From an uncultured Phycisphaerales bacterium (GTDB lineage Bacteria > Planctomycetota > Phycisphaerae > Tepidisphaerales > Tepidisphaeraceae): a stretch of 64,000 bases of DNA. Location: positions 64,001 through 128,000 of the forward strand of contig CAVWLP010000003.1 of assembly GCA_963755915.1 (NCBI GenBank), read 5' to 3'. The notes under the pieces are model-generated. The model was given only the letters and a program-made list of their open reading frames with translations, did no database searches and was not told where the DNA came from. The position numbers were made by a program, and so were the translations under genes. Shown piece after piece: positions 1 through 12,322 of the stretch (positions are counted from its first letter, which is position 1; each line of letters begins with the position of its first letter).

Positions 1-1542
1 TTCCCGATCAGCCTCGCCGTCTTGCGAACCCATGAATCCAAGACGGCCTCGGGCGGTCTCATCGCCAGCCTCGCCATCCCATGGGGATCAAGCAAGGGGG
101 ACGGCGATCAGGGCGGTTATCACCTTGTCTGGGCACGCGACATGGTGGAAACGGCGGGCGCGTTGCTCGCTAGCGGCGCACATGATGACACGCGCCGGGC
201 ACTCACGTTTTTGCAGTCAACCCAGCAGCCGGACGGCCACTGGCCTCAAAATATGTGGGTGGATGGCACACCTTACTGGAACGGAATTCAACTCGATGAG
301 ACTGCGCTGCCTGTTTTGCTGGTGGACCTGGCCCACCGTGAGAAGGCGATATCTGACGCCGACATGCAATCGTTTTGGCCGATGGTGCAACGTGCCGCCG
401 GCTATCTGGCGCGCAATGGCCCCGTGAGTCCGCAGGATCGCTGGGAGGAAGATCCGGGGTATTCGCCTTTTTCCGTCGCCGCGGAAATAGCCGCCATCCT
501 CGTCGCTGCGGATATGGCCGCTTTGAACAATGAACCCGCCATGGCAACGTATCTCCGCGAAATCGCGGACGTTTGGCACACCTCCATCGATCGCTGGATG
601 TACGCCTCGGCAACGGATTGGTGCAAAAAGTTCGATGTGGAAGGCTATTACCTGAGAATCGCCTCCGCGAACCCGGGCGAAGGGGAACGTTTCCAGAATT
701 TTGTCCGCGTCAAGAATGTCACTGCCGCCGAAGACACCCGTATGGCCAAGCATCTGGTAAGTCCCGACGCCCTGGCACTGGTGCGTTTTGGTTTGCGCGC
801 CGCGGATGACCCGCGCATTCTCGGCACGGTAAAAGTCATCGATTGTTTACTTAAAGTGGAGACGCCCACCGGTCCCAGTTGGCACCGATATAACGATGAC
901 GGGTATGGCGAACATAAAGACGGCGCGCCCTTTGACGGAACAGGCATCGGCCGCGCGTGGCCGCTACTCACGGGTGAGCGTGCTCACTATGAACTCTTGG
1001 CAAATCGGGCTGAGTTTGCAAAGGGACTGTTGGACACGATGGAATCGTTTGCCAACGAAGGAAGCCTTATCTCAGAACAAATCTGGGACTCGCCCGACCT
1101 GCCGGAACATGATTTGTTTCTCGGCAAGCCCTCCGGTTCCGCCATGCCGTTGGTTTGGGCTCATGCAGAGTACATCAAGCTCCGGCGCTCCTTGCGGGAC
1201 GGACACGTTTTCGACCTGCCACCGCAAACCGTACAACGTTATTTAATCGACAAAACTATATCCCCGCGCATGGTGTGGAGGTTCAACCACAAGCTCCGCT
1301 CCATGCCCGCGAGAAAATCACTCCGTGTCGAAACTCTGGCGCCCGTGGTGATTCATTGGAGTGTGGATGACTGGAAAACGCATGAGGACACTAAGTCGCG
1401 CGATGTCGGCCTGGGCCTTCACGTTGCGGATCTAGCAACGCAATCACTCCCGGACGGAAAAGAAATCAAATTCACTTTCTACTGGCCCGCCGCGGGTCAC
1501 TGGGAAGGAACCGACTTTATCGTTCGCATCGACTCGCTATGA
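1..1542 (+). CDS. Glucan 1,4-alpha-glucosidase (GH15 glucoamylase/glucodextranase type), 5' end outside window
   Basis: GH15 motifs GGYHLVWARD, QLDE, QDRWEE, YNDDGYGE, GRAWPLLTGER, SAMPLVWAHAEY; frame open from the window edge. Confidence 0.9.
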   Translation, partial: FPISLAVLRTHESKTASGGLIASLAIPWGSSKGDGDQGGYHLVWARDMVETAGALLASGAHDDTRRALTFLQSTQQPDGHWPQNMWVDGTPYWNGIQLDETALPVLLVDLAHREKAISDADMQSFWPMVQRAAGYLARNGPVSPQDRWEEDPGYSPFSVAAEIAAILVAADMAALNNEPAMATYLREIADVWHTSIDRWMYASATDWCKKFDVEGYYLRIASANPGEGERFQNFVRVKNVTAAEDTRMAKHLVSPDALALVRFGLRAADDPRILGTVKVIDCLLKVETPTGPSWHRYNDDGYGEHKDGAPFDGTGIGRAWPLLTGERAHYELLANRAEFAKGLLDTMESFANEGSLISEQIWDSPDLPEHDLFLGKPSGSAMPLVWAHAEYIKLRRSLRDGHVFDLPPQTVQRYLIDKTISPRMVWRFNHKLRSMPARKSLRVETLAPVVIHWSVDDWKTHEDTKSRDVGLGLHVADLATQSLPDGKEIKFTFYWPAAGHWEGTDFIVRIDSL

Positions 1543-1569
1543 GGCGACGGGATTGTAGCTGTTAAAGCG

Positions 1570-2955
1570 GTGAAGCTCATGCTCTTGAAAACCGATACCA
1601 AGGCGAACGCCAACCGCTTTGTCTACCTTGCCACTGCCGTGGCGGCTCTAGGCGGTATGCTCTTCGGTTATGACGTCGGTGTCATTTCCGGAGCGATCCT
1701 TTTCGTCAAGAAAGATTTCTCCCTTTCTCCCGGCCTCGAAGAAGTTGTCATCAGCTCTGTCTTGCTCGGATCGTTAATCGGCGCGATTGCCGGAGGGGTG
1801 CTGGCCGACCGCTGGGGCCGCCGAAGACTGCTGATCATTACTGCGAGCGTCTTTGGGATCGGTGCCATTGGAGCGGCTCTGTCGCCGGACACCGGGTGGC
1901 TGATCGTTGCCAGGATTCTTGCGGGCGCTGCCATCGGGGTCGCTTCTTTTGTCGCCCCGCTTTACATATCAGAAATCGCGCCAGTGGCTATCCGCGGAAA
2001 GCTCGTTTCGATTAACCAAGTCGCCTTGACCAGCGGCATCGTCGTCTCCTATCTGATTGATTACGCGTTTGCAGGTGTCGGGGCTTGGCGGTGGATGTTC
2101 GCGATGGCCGTCGTTCCGGCCGCAGCATTTGGAGTCGGATTGCTCTTCATTCCCGAGAGCCCCCGCTGGCTTGTCGGACGCGGACTGGCGGACAAGGCTC
2201 GCGCCGTACTCGCACGAATCCGCACACCTGATCAGGTCGAGGCGGAATTCGCCCAGATTCAGCAGAGCGCTCAGCAACAAAAAGAGAACTGGGCAGAATT
2301 GCTCAGTCCCGCCTTACGACCGGCAATGATTGTCGGTGTCGGGCTGGCCATCGCCCAACAAATCACCGGCATTAATACGGTCATTTATTATGCACCGACG
2401 ATTTTCAAGTTTGCCGGCTTGTCTTCCGCGTCGGTGGCCATTCTCGCCAGCGTCGGTGTCGGGGTCGTTAACGTCATCCTGACCGTCGTAGCAATGCAAC
2501 TGATCGATCGAGTCGGCCGCCGTCCGCTTTTATTGATCAGCCTCGCCGGAATGTCGCTAAGTCTAATCGTACTCGGACTGGCGTTTAAGCTTCCCCAATT
2601 GTCCGCCAGTCTAGGATGGATCGCAGTGACCAGCCTGATGCTGTACGTCGGTTCGTTCGCCGTCGGCCTGGGCCCAGTGTTTTGGCTAGTCCTTTCCGAG
2701 ATTTATCCGCTCCGCATCCGGGGCCGGGCCATGAGCGTCGGCACGGTCGCTAATTGGATCGCCAATTTAATCGTTGCGCTGTCGTTTTTGACACTTACGC
2801 ATCTGATGGGTAAAGCCGCTACGTTCTGGCTGTACGGAATCGTGAGTATTGGAGCGTGGCTCTTCGCATTTTTTCTGGTGCCGGAAACGAAGGGTAAAAC
2901 CCTTGAACAGATCGAAGCACATTGGCGGGCAGGAAAACACCCAAGGGAACTCTGA
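1570..2955 (+). CDS. Sugar porter family MFS transporter
   Basis: GGMLFGYD, DRWGRR, PESPRWL, QQITGIN, PETKG motifs; ~12 hydrophobic segments. Confidence 0.95.
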   Translation: MKLMLLKTDTKANANRFVYLATAVAALGGMLFGYDVGVISGAILFVKKDFSLSPGLEEVVISSVLLGSLIGAIAGGVLADRWGRRRLLIITASVFGIGAIGAALSPDTGWLIVARILAGAAIGVASFVAPLYISEIAPVAIRGKLVSINQVALTSGIVVSYLIDYAFAGVGAWRWMFAMAVVPAAAFGVGLLFIPESPRWLVGRGLADKARAVLARIRTPDQVEAEFAQIQQSAQQQKENWAELLSPALRPAMIVGVGLAIAQQITGINTVIYYAPTIFKFAGLSSASVAILASVGVGVVNVILTVVAMQLIDRVGRRPLLLISLAGMSLSLIVLGLAFKLPQLSASLGWIAVTSLMLYVGSFAVGLGPVFWLVLSEIYPLRIRGRAMSVGTVANWIANLIVALSFLTLTHLMGKAATFWLYGIVSIGAWLFAFFLVPETKGKTLEQIEAHWRAGKHPREL

Positions 2956-3089
2956 GGGTATTATTCGAGAACAAAGACCACCGTTCCAGCGGAGAAGCAA
3001 AACGAGTAGAATTCTGGCAGACGATTGAAAACCTCGGATGACTAACTGAAGGGTAGATCGGCCAACGGCCGGCAGACCCGTCAAAGAGT

Positions 3090-3143
3090 AAGCCGACGCG
3101 ATTGAATCTCAAAATCTCGGGATTCGGTGGCGTCGGCTTTTTT
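3090..3143 (+). terminator. Intrinsic terminator/attenuator hairpin
   Basis: AAGCCGACGC (3090-3099) pairs with GCGTCGGCTT (3130-3139), inner GAATCTC/GGGATTC stem, followed by a T run. Confidence 0.75.
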
Positions 3144-3180
3144 GTTGATCGGAAAATAATGACCGGTACTAAGCACTCAG

Positions 3181-3381
3181 TTGAAAACGAAGGAGCCAAG
3201 CCGCGGGATCACGTTCACCCGCTCCACCATTTTTGGAAACATGCGCACCGGGACTGGCGCAGTTTGGATCGCAGTCGTGTTGATGCTCGTTGCGATCCTT
3301 GCGTATGTGATGACGGACAGCCTCTCCCTCAGACCCGGCAAACGGGCTGTTCAGCCGACCCCCGAGGCAATTGCACCTTAG
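3181..3381 (+). CDS. Small hypothetical membrane protein
   Basis: Short ORF with one hydrophobic segment (AVWIAVVLMLVAILAYV); start uncertain (alternative ATG at 3241). Confidence 0.4.
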   Translation: MKTKEPSRGITFTRSTIFGNMRTGTGAVWIAVVLMLVAILAYVMTDSLSLRPGKRAVQPTPEAIAP

Positions 3382-3413
3382 GACGTCTCGTTATCTAACA
3401 ATAAGGAAAGATT

Positions 3414-5841
3414 ATGTCTACTGATCTACTGGAACCCGCCGTTGAAGCTCTCAACAACGACGCCTCGTCATCCAAAGCGGGAGGTCCACTTACATCCGAA
3501 GAACTCCGCAAGATGAATTCCTATTCGCACCGCCAATTACCTCTCGGTTGGACAGATTTATCTGTATGACAATCCGCTGCTGAAAGAGCCGCTTAAACTA
3601 TCTCATGTCAAGCCACTCGTGGTTGGGCACTGGGGCACGACGCCGGGCCAAAACTTCATTTATGTGCATTTGAATCGCGTCATTAAAAAAGCTGATCTGG
3701 ATATGTTCTACGTCGCCGGTCCCGGTCACGGCGGACCGGCGATTGTCGGCAACGTTTACCTTGAAGGCACGTGGAGCGAAATCTATCCAAATGTCACCCA
3801 GGACGAAGCGGGACTGAAAAAGCTGTTCAAGCAATTCTCGTTTCCAGGCGGGATTTCGAGCCACGTCGCCCCGACGACGCCGGGTTCGATTCACGAAGGA
3901 GGCGAACTTGGATATTCGCTGAGTCACTCGTTCGGAGCTGCGTTCGATAATCCTGAGCTGATCGTCGCGTGTGTCGTCGGCGACGGGGAAGCGGAGACGG
4001 GGCCGCTGGCCACCGCTTGGCAATCGAACAAGTTCCTCGATCCAATCTCCGACGGGGCCGTGCTGCCAATCCTGCATCTCAACGGTTTCAAGATCAGCAA
4101 TCCGACGTTGCTCTCTCGAATCGAACACGATGAACTGGAGCAGTTCTTTCGCGGTTGCGGCTGGACACCCTATTTTGTGGAAGGGGACGACCCGGCAACG
4201 ATGCACCAACTCATGGCCACGGCGCTGGACAAAGCGATCGGGGACATCAAGAAGATTCAGACCACCGCCCGAGCGACGAAAGACCCGAGCCGCCCGCGCT
4301 GGCCCATGATCGTTTTGCGATCCCCCAAAGGCTGGACCGGACCCAAAGTTGTCGACGGCCTTCCCTGCGAAGGCACCTTCCGCGCGCATCAGGTTCCGCT
4401 GCTCGTGGATGCCGATCATCCCCAGCACGTCGCCCAGCTTGAAAGCTGGATGAAGAGTTACAAGGCCGAGGAACTCTTCGATGCCAACGGTCGCCTGAAT
4501 GCAGAGTTGGCTGAGCTTGCCCCAACGGGCGATCGTCGAATGGGTGCCAATCCCCACGCAAATGGCGGCATTCTTTTGCACGATCTCAAGATGCCCGACT
4601 TCCGCGATCACGCGGTAAATGTTCCTTCACCGGGCGCGGTTAACGGTCAGGACACGATGGTGCTTGGCCAATTTCTGCGCGATGTCGTCAAGCTCAATGA
4701 AAAGCCCCGCAACTTCCGCGTTTTCGGGCCCGATGAAACACTATCCAATCTGCTCGGGGCTGTATTCGAAGTGACCAATCGTCAATGGGACGCCCGTGAG
4801 GTAAAGAACGATGAATTCCTCGCCCCTGGGGGCGGCGTTCTCGATTCGATGCTCAGTGAGCATCAGTGCGAAGGGTGGTTGGAAGGATATCTACTGACCG
4901 GCCGGCACGGGCTTTTCAACAGTTATGAAGCCTTCATTCGCATTGTCGACAGCATGTTCAGCCAGCATGCCAAATGGCTAAAGGTCACATCCGAATTGCC
5001 GTGGCGCCGAAAGATCGCATCGCTGAACTATCTGCTCGCATCACACGTGTGGCAGCAGGATCACAATGGCTTCACGCACCAGGATCCCGGTTTTCTCGAT
5101 CATGTCATCAATAAAAAAGCGAGCATCGTGCGGGTCTATCTGCCGCCCGATGCCAACTGCCTTCTATCGGTTTTCGATCACTGTTTGCGCAGCCGCAATT
5201 ATGTGAATGTCGTGGTCGCGGGGAAACACGCGCTCCCACAATGGCTTAGTATGGACGCGGCCGCCGTGCATTGCACGGAAGGCATCGGGATCTGGCAATG
5301 GGCCAGCAACGATCAGAATGCCGAGCCGGATGTCGTCATGGCCTGCTGCGGTGACACGCCCACGCTGGAGATTCTCGCTGCGACTTCCATCCTTCGCCAG
5401 CACCTGCCTGATCTGAAAATCAGAGTCATCAATGTCGTCGACCTGATGAAACTGCAATCTGCCAGCGAGCATCCGCATGGCCTGAACGAGACGGATTACG
5501 ATTCACTGTTCACGAAGGATAAGCACATCGTTTTCGGATTCCATGGATATCCATGGCTGGTTCACCGCCTCACCTACCGGCGGACCAATCGCAATCTGCA
5601 CGTCCGCGGCTACAAAGAAGAAGGCACAATCACCACCGCCTTCGATATCCGAGTGCAGAACGAATTAGATCGCTTTCATCTTGTGCAGGACGTGCTGGAC
5701 CGCGTTCCGAATCTGGGGGCCAAAGGTTCATATCTCAAACAAATGATGCAGGACAAACTCATCGAGCACAAACAGTACATCGATCATCACGGCCAGGATC
5801 TGCCTGAAATCCGCAACTGGAAATGGAGCGTCTCCAAGTGA
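3414..5841 (+). CDS. xfp: Phosphoketolase, copy 1 (apparent frameshift near 3525)
   Basis: RBS AAGGA and ATG at 3414; [53 protein letters not shown]; the expected YWR codons lack 2 nt at ~3525. Confidence 0.92.
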
Positions 5842-6893
5842 ATTCAATGCAACTGACAAAAACAGCGCAAGCGCTGGTCGGCGGCCACAAAGGATTGCTT
5901 GCGATGGATGAGAGCAATCCAACCTGCAACAAGCGGTTCGCGGCACTTGGTATTCCCCAGACCGAGGCGTCCCGCCGGGCATATCGAGAACTGATCGTCA
6001 CGACAGCCGGTTTGGGCGGATCGATCAGCGGCGCGATTCTTTACGACGAATCAATACGCCAGAAAACCAGAAGTGGAAAATCCTTCGTCGATGTCCTGGC
6101 TGAAGCGGGGATCATTCCCGGCATCAAAGTCGACACCGGCGCAAAAGGACTTGCCGGATTTCCCGGCGACAAAGTCAGCGAAGGATTGGACGGACTGCCG
6201 GCTCGCGTTCAGGAATATGCCGGGATCGGCGCGCGATTCGCCAAATGGCGCACTGTAATCGCGATCGGCGCAGGCATTCCCAGCGAGGCATGCATTGATT
6301 CCAACGCCCACGCGCTCGCCCGTTACGCCGCGATTTGCCAACAGGCCGGACTGGTTCCGATCGTGGAGCCGGAAGTCGTCATGGATGGACCGCACGATTT
6401 ACAACAATGCACGGAAGTCAGCGGGCACGTTCTTCATGCTGTCTTCAATCAACTTCATGTCCAGCGCGTTTTGCTCGAAGGCATGATTCTCAAGCCGAAC
6501 ATGATCCTGCCGGGAACGGATTGTCCGCAGCAAAGCGACGACGAACAGGTGGCCGACGCGACGGTGCGATGTCTTCTCCGATCCGTTCCGGCCGCGGTGG
6601 CCGGCATTGCATTTCTGTCCGGTGGTCAGTCAGGCGAAATGGCATGCGCTAGACTGAATGCGATGAACGTTCGCTTCGCTTCCAAAATGCCCTGGCCGCT
6701 TACTTTCTCATTTGCCCGCGCAATCCAGCACCCCGCGCTGGATATCTGGTCCGGCCATGAATCAGAAGTGAAAGCGGCGCAAGAAGCTCTGATCCACCGG
6801 GCCGAGTGCAGCCGAGCCGCCCGCTGCGGGAAATACAGCTCCGAAATGGAGCGTCACCCGGCTTCGACGCCCCTGGTCGCGGCTGGCAATTAG
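5838..6893 (+). CDS. Class I fructose-bisphosphate aldolase
   Basis: [51 protein letters not shown] overlap with the xfp stop. Confidence 0.93.
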   Translation: MNSMQLTKTAQALVGGHKGLLAMDESNPTCNKRFAALGIPQTEASRRAYRELIVTTAGLGGSISGAILYDESIRQKTRSGKSFVDVLAEAGIIPGIKVDTGAKGLAGFPGDKVSEGLDGLPARVQEYAGIGARFAKWRTVIAIGAGIPSEACIDSNAHALARYAAICQQAGLVPIVEPEVVMDGPHDLQQCTEVSGHVLHAVFNQLHVQRVLLEGMILKPNMILPGTDCPQQSDDEQVADATVRCLLRSVPAAVAGIAFLSGGQSGEMACARLNAMNVRFASKMPWPLTFSFARAIQHPALDIWSGHESEVKAAQEALIHRAECSRAARCGKYSSEMERHPASTPLVAAGN

Positions 6894-6911
6894 ACAAGAA
6901 AGTAGACCCAT

Positions 6912-9428
6912 ATGTCCTCAGACCCCAATAAATCCCTGGCTCCTCAGCAGAAGCCCGATGCCAAGGATGATCTAAAGACCCTTCCGATCGCTGAAGTTGA
7001 AAACCGATTGAGTTCGTCTCCCGACGGTCTCACCGATGTTGAGGCTAAGAAGCGGCTGGCGCAGTACGGCCCCAACGAAATTGCGGAAAAGAAGACAAAT
7101 CTCTTTTTGAAATTTCTCTCTTATTTCTGGGGTCCGATCCCTTGGATGATCGAGGTGGCAGTCATTCTGTCGGGCGTCGTTCGTCACTGGCCGGATTTCT
7201 TCATCATCCTTCTTCTGCTTGTTGCCAACGCCGTGGTCGGATTCTGGGAAGAGCGACAGGCGGGCAATGCCATCGCGGCCCTAAAGAAAGAACTGGCCAT
7301 TCAGGCAAAGGTCAAAAGGGATGGCAAGTGGATCACACCTCCGCGCGCGAGCTTGTGCCGGGCGATGTCATTCGATTGCGGTTAGGCGATATTGTGCCAG
7401 CCGATGCACGCCTTCTGGCGGGTGACGAAATCGCCGTTGACCAGTCCGCGCTGACGGGAGAGTCGCTGCCGGCAACACACAAATCCGGCGACGCTGTCTT
7501 CTCCGGCTCGATCATGCGTCGCGGTGAAATTGATGCCTTGGTTTATGCCACCGGTACGCATACCTATTTCGGCAGGACCGCGCAATTAGTAGGAGAGGTC
7601 CAGACGGTCAGCCACTTCCAGCGCGCGGTCATGAAGATCGGCAATTATCTCATCATCCTGGCCGTAGCCTTGGTGGCGATCATTATCGCTGTTGCAATCT
7701 ACCGTGGGGACCGAATTCTCACGACGTTACAGTTCGCGCTGGTGCTTACGGTTGCCGCGATTCCCGTCGCGATGCCCACGGTGTTGTCAGTGACCATGGC
7801 CGTTGGCGCTCGCTTGCTTGCAAAGAAGAAGGCGATTGTCAGCCGGTTGGTAGCGATAGAAGAACTGGCGGGGGTTGACGTGCTTTGCTCGGATAAGACA
7901 GGCACGCTGACACAGAACAAGCTCACGCTGGGCGAGACGTTCACTGTCGATGGCATCCCCGCCGACCAGGTTATCCTTGCCGGCGCTCTTGCTTCGCGCG
8001 GAGGATAAGGACACCATCGATCTAGCCGTCCTGGGCGGCGTGAAAGACGATAAGGCGTTGAAAAGCTTTGAAGTCGTTCACTTTCAGCCATTCGATCCTG
8101 TACACAAACGCACGGAGGCCACAGTAAAGGGTAGTGACGGAAAGCAATTCGATGTGGCCAAAGGCGCTCCGCAGGTGATTTTGCAGATGTCGGCGAACGC
8201 CGGCGAGATCAAGACCGCGGTTGAAAAGGCCGTTAATGACTTCGCCGCTCGCGGCTTCCGTTCACTGGGCGTCGCCCGCGCCGACGAAAAAGGCAAGTGG
8301 CGATTCCTGGGTGTGCTCCCGTTGTCCGACCCGCCGCGCGAGTCGGCTAAAGCCACTATCGCCAGTGCCAGGCAGATGGGGGTGAGCATCAAGATGGTGA
8401 CCGGCGACTCGATCGCCATCGCGCGGGAGATGTCAAAAGAATTGGGGCTGGGTTCCAATATCCTTGATGCCAGCGGCCTTGGCGACTCTCAAAAGAAGGA
8501 AACTCCCGAGGAAACGAAGCTGATCGAGAAGGCGGACGGCTTCGCTGAAGTGTTCCCCGAGCATAAGTTTCACATCGTCGACATTCTGCAAAAGCGCGGC
8601 CACATCGTCGGAATGACCGGCGATGGCGTGAACGATGCACCCGCTTTGAAAAAAGCGGACTGCGGTATTGCCGTCTCCGGGGCAACCGACGCGGCCCGCG
8701 CGGCGGCATCCATCGTTCTTCTCACCGACGGGCTCACCGTCATCATTGATGCGATCAAGGAAAGCCGCCGAATCTTTCAGCGTATGAACAGCTATGCCAT
8801 CTACCGCATCGCAGAAACCCTCCGCGTGCTGTTCTTTATGACACTAGCGATCCTCGTATTCAATTTCTACCCGCTGACTGCCGTGATGATCGTGATGCTG
8901 GCCCTGCTCAACGATGGGGCGATTCTCTCCATCGCTTATGACAATGTTCACTACAAGAATAAGCCCGAAGCCTGGAACATGCGCCTCGTACTCGGCGTTT
9001 CCACCGTCCTCGGCGTCATAGGGGTCGTCGCGGCCTTCGGCCTCTTTTACCTCGGGGAACGCGTCTTCAAACTTGATCGTCCGCATATCCAGACGCTCAT
9101 GTATCTGAAACTATCGGTGGCCGGGCATCTCACCATCTTCCTGACGCGCACGCGCGGCCCATTCTGGTCCATCAAGCCCGCGAAGATTCTATGGATCGCA
9201 GTTCTCGGAACGCAAGCCATCGCAACCTTGATCGCGGTGTACGGAGTGTTTATGACGCCTCTCGGCTGGGGTTGGGCAGCATTTGTATGGGGCTACGCCC
9301 TGGTGTGGTTCCTGCTTAACGACCGCATCAAGCTGCTCGCGTATCGAATCTTTGATCCGACGAACGCGACATCGATTGTGAAGAAGACAATCTTGCCAAA
9401 TCCGACTGTCGTTGTGCCAGCCGCCTGA
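6912..9428 (+). CDS. Plasma-membrane-type proton-efflux P-type ATPase (type IIIA), two apparent frameshifts (~7340, ~8000)
   Basis: FWGPIPWMIE, DQSALTGES, AIPVAMPTV, CSDKTGTLT, PFDPVHKRT, KGAPQ, TGDGVNDAPALK, LNDG across three consecutive ORFs. Confidence 0.9.
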
Positions 9429-9459
9429 TCATACCGTTCGCAGAAGCTGAAAGATCAGG

Positions 9460-10356
9460 ATGAAAATTAAATCAGAAGATTTTCGAGTCAACCCTGATCA
9501 CGGCGTTGAGCTCAAGAAATGGCCCACCATCGTAAAGCCGTTTTGCAAGTCTAAGAAGCGGTATCAAGAACTGCTGGCCAAACACGTCGAGGAGTTGGCT
9601 TTACTGCAAAACCTTCACTATGCGTCCAGCCGTTATGCGTTGCTCCTCATCTTTCAGGGAATGGACGCTGCCGGTAAAGATGGGGCAGTGCGGCACGTCA
9701 TGTCCGGGGTCAACCCGCAGGGTTGTGAGGTCTTTAGTTTCAAACAGCCCAGCGCGGAAGAATTGAATCACGATTTTCTCTGGCGCTCGACGTGCCGACT
9801 TCCCGAACGCGGACGAATCGGCATTTTCAACCGTTCTTATTACGAGGAGGTGTTGGTTGTCCGCGTACATCCGGAGATCCTCGCAAGCCAGCGACTCTCC
9901 GAAGAATTGCGCGACGACAAATCGTTCTGGAAAGAGCGGTATCGATCTATCGTAGACCTGGAACGCCACCTGTTTCACAATAGCACCCGCACCATCAAAA
10001 TCTTCCTGCATCTTTCGAAAGAAGAGCAGCGCAAACGATTTCTGGAGCGAATCGACGAACCTGACAAAAATTGGAAATTCAGCCTCGCCGACATTCACGA
10101 GCGAAACTTCTGGAAGCAATACGTCGCGGCGTATGAGGAATGCCTGAGCGCCACAAGCACTCACCATGCGCCGTGGTATGTCGTTCCCGCAGATGACAAG
10201 GAAAATGCCCGATTGATCGTTTCCCGAATCATTATTGACGCGTTCGAAGAACTAAAGATGGAATATCCGAAAACGACGCCCAAACGGGAGGACGAATTGA
10301 AAGCGATCCGCAAATTGTTGGTCGCCGAATCACCGAATCAACATGGGAGGGACTAG
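9460..10356 (+). CDS. ppk2: Polyphosphate kinase 2 family protein
   Basis: [36 protein letters not shown]. Confidence 0.93.
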   Translation: MKIKSEDFRVNPDHGVELKKWPTIVKPFCKSKKRYQELLAKHVEELALLQNLHYASSRYALLLIFQGMDAAGKDGAVRHVMSGVNPQGCEVFSFKQPSAEELNHDFLWRSTCRLPERGRIGIFNRSYYEEVLVVRVHPEILASQRLSEELRDDKSFWKERYRSIVDLERHLFHNSTRTIKIFLHLSKEEQRKRFLERIDEPDKNWKFSLADIHERNFWKQYVAAYEECLSATSTHHAPWYVVPADDKENARLIVSRIIIDAFEELKMEYPKTTPKREDELKAIRKLLVAESPNQHGRD

Positions 10357-10360
10357 GACG

Positions 10361-10975
10361 ATGGCCGCAAACGAAGCACAACATCCGCCGCGGCTTTTCC
10401 TGATCCGTCACGGCAATACCGATTGGTCTGACTCGGGCAAACACACCGGCTGCACAGACATTCCTTTGAACGCCGGCGGGGAGTCGCACGCTTGCCTGCT
10501 TGGGACGCGACTCTCGGATGAACGATTTTCTCGGATATTTGTAAGCCCGCTTATTCGTGTGCGGCGGACCTGCCAGCTTGCCGGCTTCGCTGATCGTGCA
10601 GAGATAACTCCTGACCTGACCGAGTGGAACTACGGCAGTTACGAAGGTCGGATGACGGTTGACGTCCACCGTGAGCGGCCTGACTGGTATCTCTATCGTG
10701 ACGGCGCTCCAGGTGGTGAGTCACCTGGGCAGGTTGCCGCCCGCGCGGATCGATTCATTGAAACGGTGCGGCCCATCGATGGCGATGTCGCCGCCTTTTC
10801 CAGCGCACAAATTATCCGCATGATCGTGGCCCGCTGGTTGGGCCTTCCGCCACTGGGGTCAAGATATTTTCATACCGATACCGCCAGCATTGGAATTCTG
10901 GGCTACGAGCACAATCGGAGCCAGCCGGTCGTGCGCCTCTGGGATGACGTCGGCACCCTCGACAAGAACGTCTGA
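10361..10975 (+). CDS. Histidine phosphatase (phosphoglycerate mutase superfamily)
   Basis: LIRHG, SPLIR..RT, EWNYG.YEG, GGES; the second catalytic His appears replaced (FSSAQ). Confidence 0.85.
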   Translation: MAANEAQHPPRLFLIRHGNTDWSDSGKHTGCTDIPLNAGGESHACLLGTRLSDERFSRIFVSPLIRVRRTCQLAGFADRAEITPDLTEWNYGSYEGRMTVDVHRERPDWYLYRDGAPGGESPGQVAARADRFIETVRPIDGDVAAFSSAQIIRMIVARWLGLPPLGSRYFHTDTASIGILGYEHNRSQPVVRLWDDVGTLDKNV

Positions 10976-10987
10976 AGAAATGAGATT

Positions 10988-12231
10988 ATGCAGACCGCTC
11001 AACTGCCACCAATAACACCCCCAAGGAACGTACCCGGACATTACGGATTTGTCCTCACAATTAACGGGGGATCGTCGAGCATCAAATTTGCACTGTTTTC
11101 TTCTGAATCACCGCTCAAGCGGCGCTTCGGCGGGCAAGTTGAACGCATCGGAACGCCTGGCGCCTTGCTGACAGCGACACGCGACAATTCATCAACGCTC
11201 GATGAGCATCCAATCACCGCGTCAAATTTTCATGACGGCATTCAAGGCGTTCTTGCTTATCTGAGCCAGCGGATCGAAAGGTCCACGATCATTGCGATCG
11301 GGCACCGCATCGTCAAAGGCGGCGCACATCTGGTCGACAATCAACTCATTACCACGGAAGTCATCGCCGAACTCCGCCGCATGCAGCCTCTCGATCTCGA
11401 TCATCTGCCGCGTGAAATCGCGTTGATTGATGCCTTCGTTAAGGCGTTTCCGAAGGTTCCCCAGATTGCGTGTTTTGATACTGCGTTTCACAAAGATATT
11501 CCGCGGATCGCCCAACTTCTTCCGATTCCGCGCCATTATCTGGAATCAGGCGTTCGTCGGTTTGGTTTCCACGGCTTGTCCTACACCTACCTCATGAGCC
11601 AATTGGCCGTGGTGGCGGGCGAGGAAATTGCGAAAGGCCGAGTAATTCTGGCGCATCTCGGATCAGGCGCGAGCATGGCGGCAGTGCATCACGGCAAGCC
11701 AATCGATACGACCATGGCATTCACGCCAACATCCGGCCTGATGATGGGCACTCGACCCGGCGATCTCGACCCAGGATTGTTGGTATACCTGATGAAAGAC
11801 CAAAGGCTTTCGACTGAAGACATGGACAAGTTCATCTCCCAACAGTGCGGGCTCATCGGCGTCTCCGAAACCAGCTCCGACATGCGCGATCTTCTGCTGA
11901 CACGCAACAGCGATCCGCGCAGGCTGAAGCCGTGCAGCTATTCTGCTATCAAGCTAAAAAACATCTATGCGCCCTGATTTCGACTCTCGGTGGCTTGGAC
12001 ACCATCGTGTTCGCCGGCGGGATCGGAGAACGTTCTCCAGAGGTGCGCGGCGCAATCTGCGACGGCCTGGAATTTCTGGGATTGAAACTCGATTCGTCAA
12101 AAAACGTCCGCGGATGCGATGTCATTTCCAACGACCAAAGTCGTGTTGAAGTTCGGATGATCCCGACAGATGAAGAGATAGTGATTGCCCGAATTGTCTG
12201 CTCGATTTTGCATCATTCCGGTGCTCAATGA
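10988..12231 (+). CDS. ackA: Acetate/propionate kinase, copy 1 (apparent frameshift ~11920)
   Basis: INGGSSSIKF, GHRIV, FDTAFH, RRFGFHGLSY, HLGSGAS, FAGGIGE, TDEE. Confidence 0.9.
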
Positions 12232-12322
12232 CTCGTCAAAAGCGGCGGCCTTGATTACCATGCCTGACGAGCGGATTCTCTGATGATGTGATTCGGATGT
12301 GGGACGAAAGCTGCTAGGAATT

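Noticed and set aside
3598-4611. 337-aa minus-strand ORF, and similar ORFs opposite xfp copy 2
   Set aside because: Antisense to phosphoketolase; their mutual resemblance only mirrors xfp conservation.
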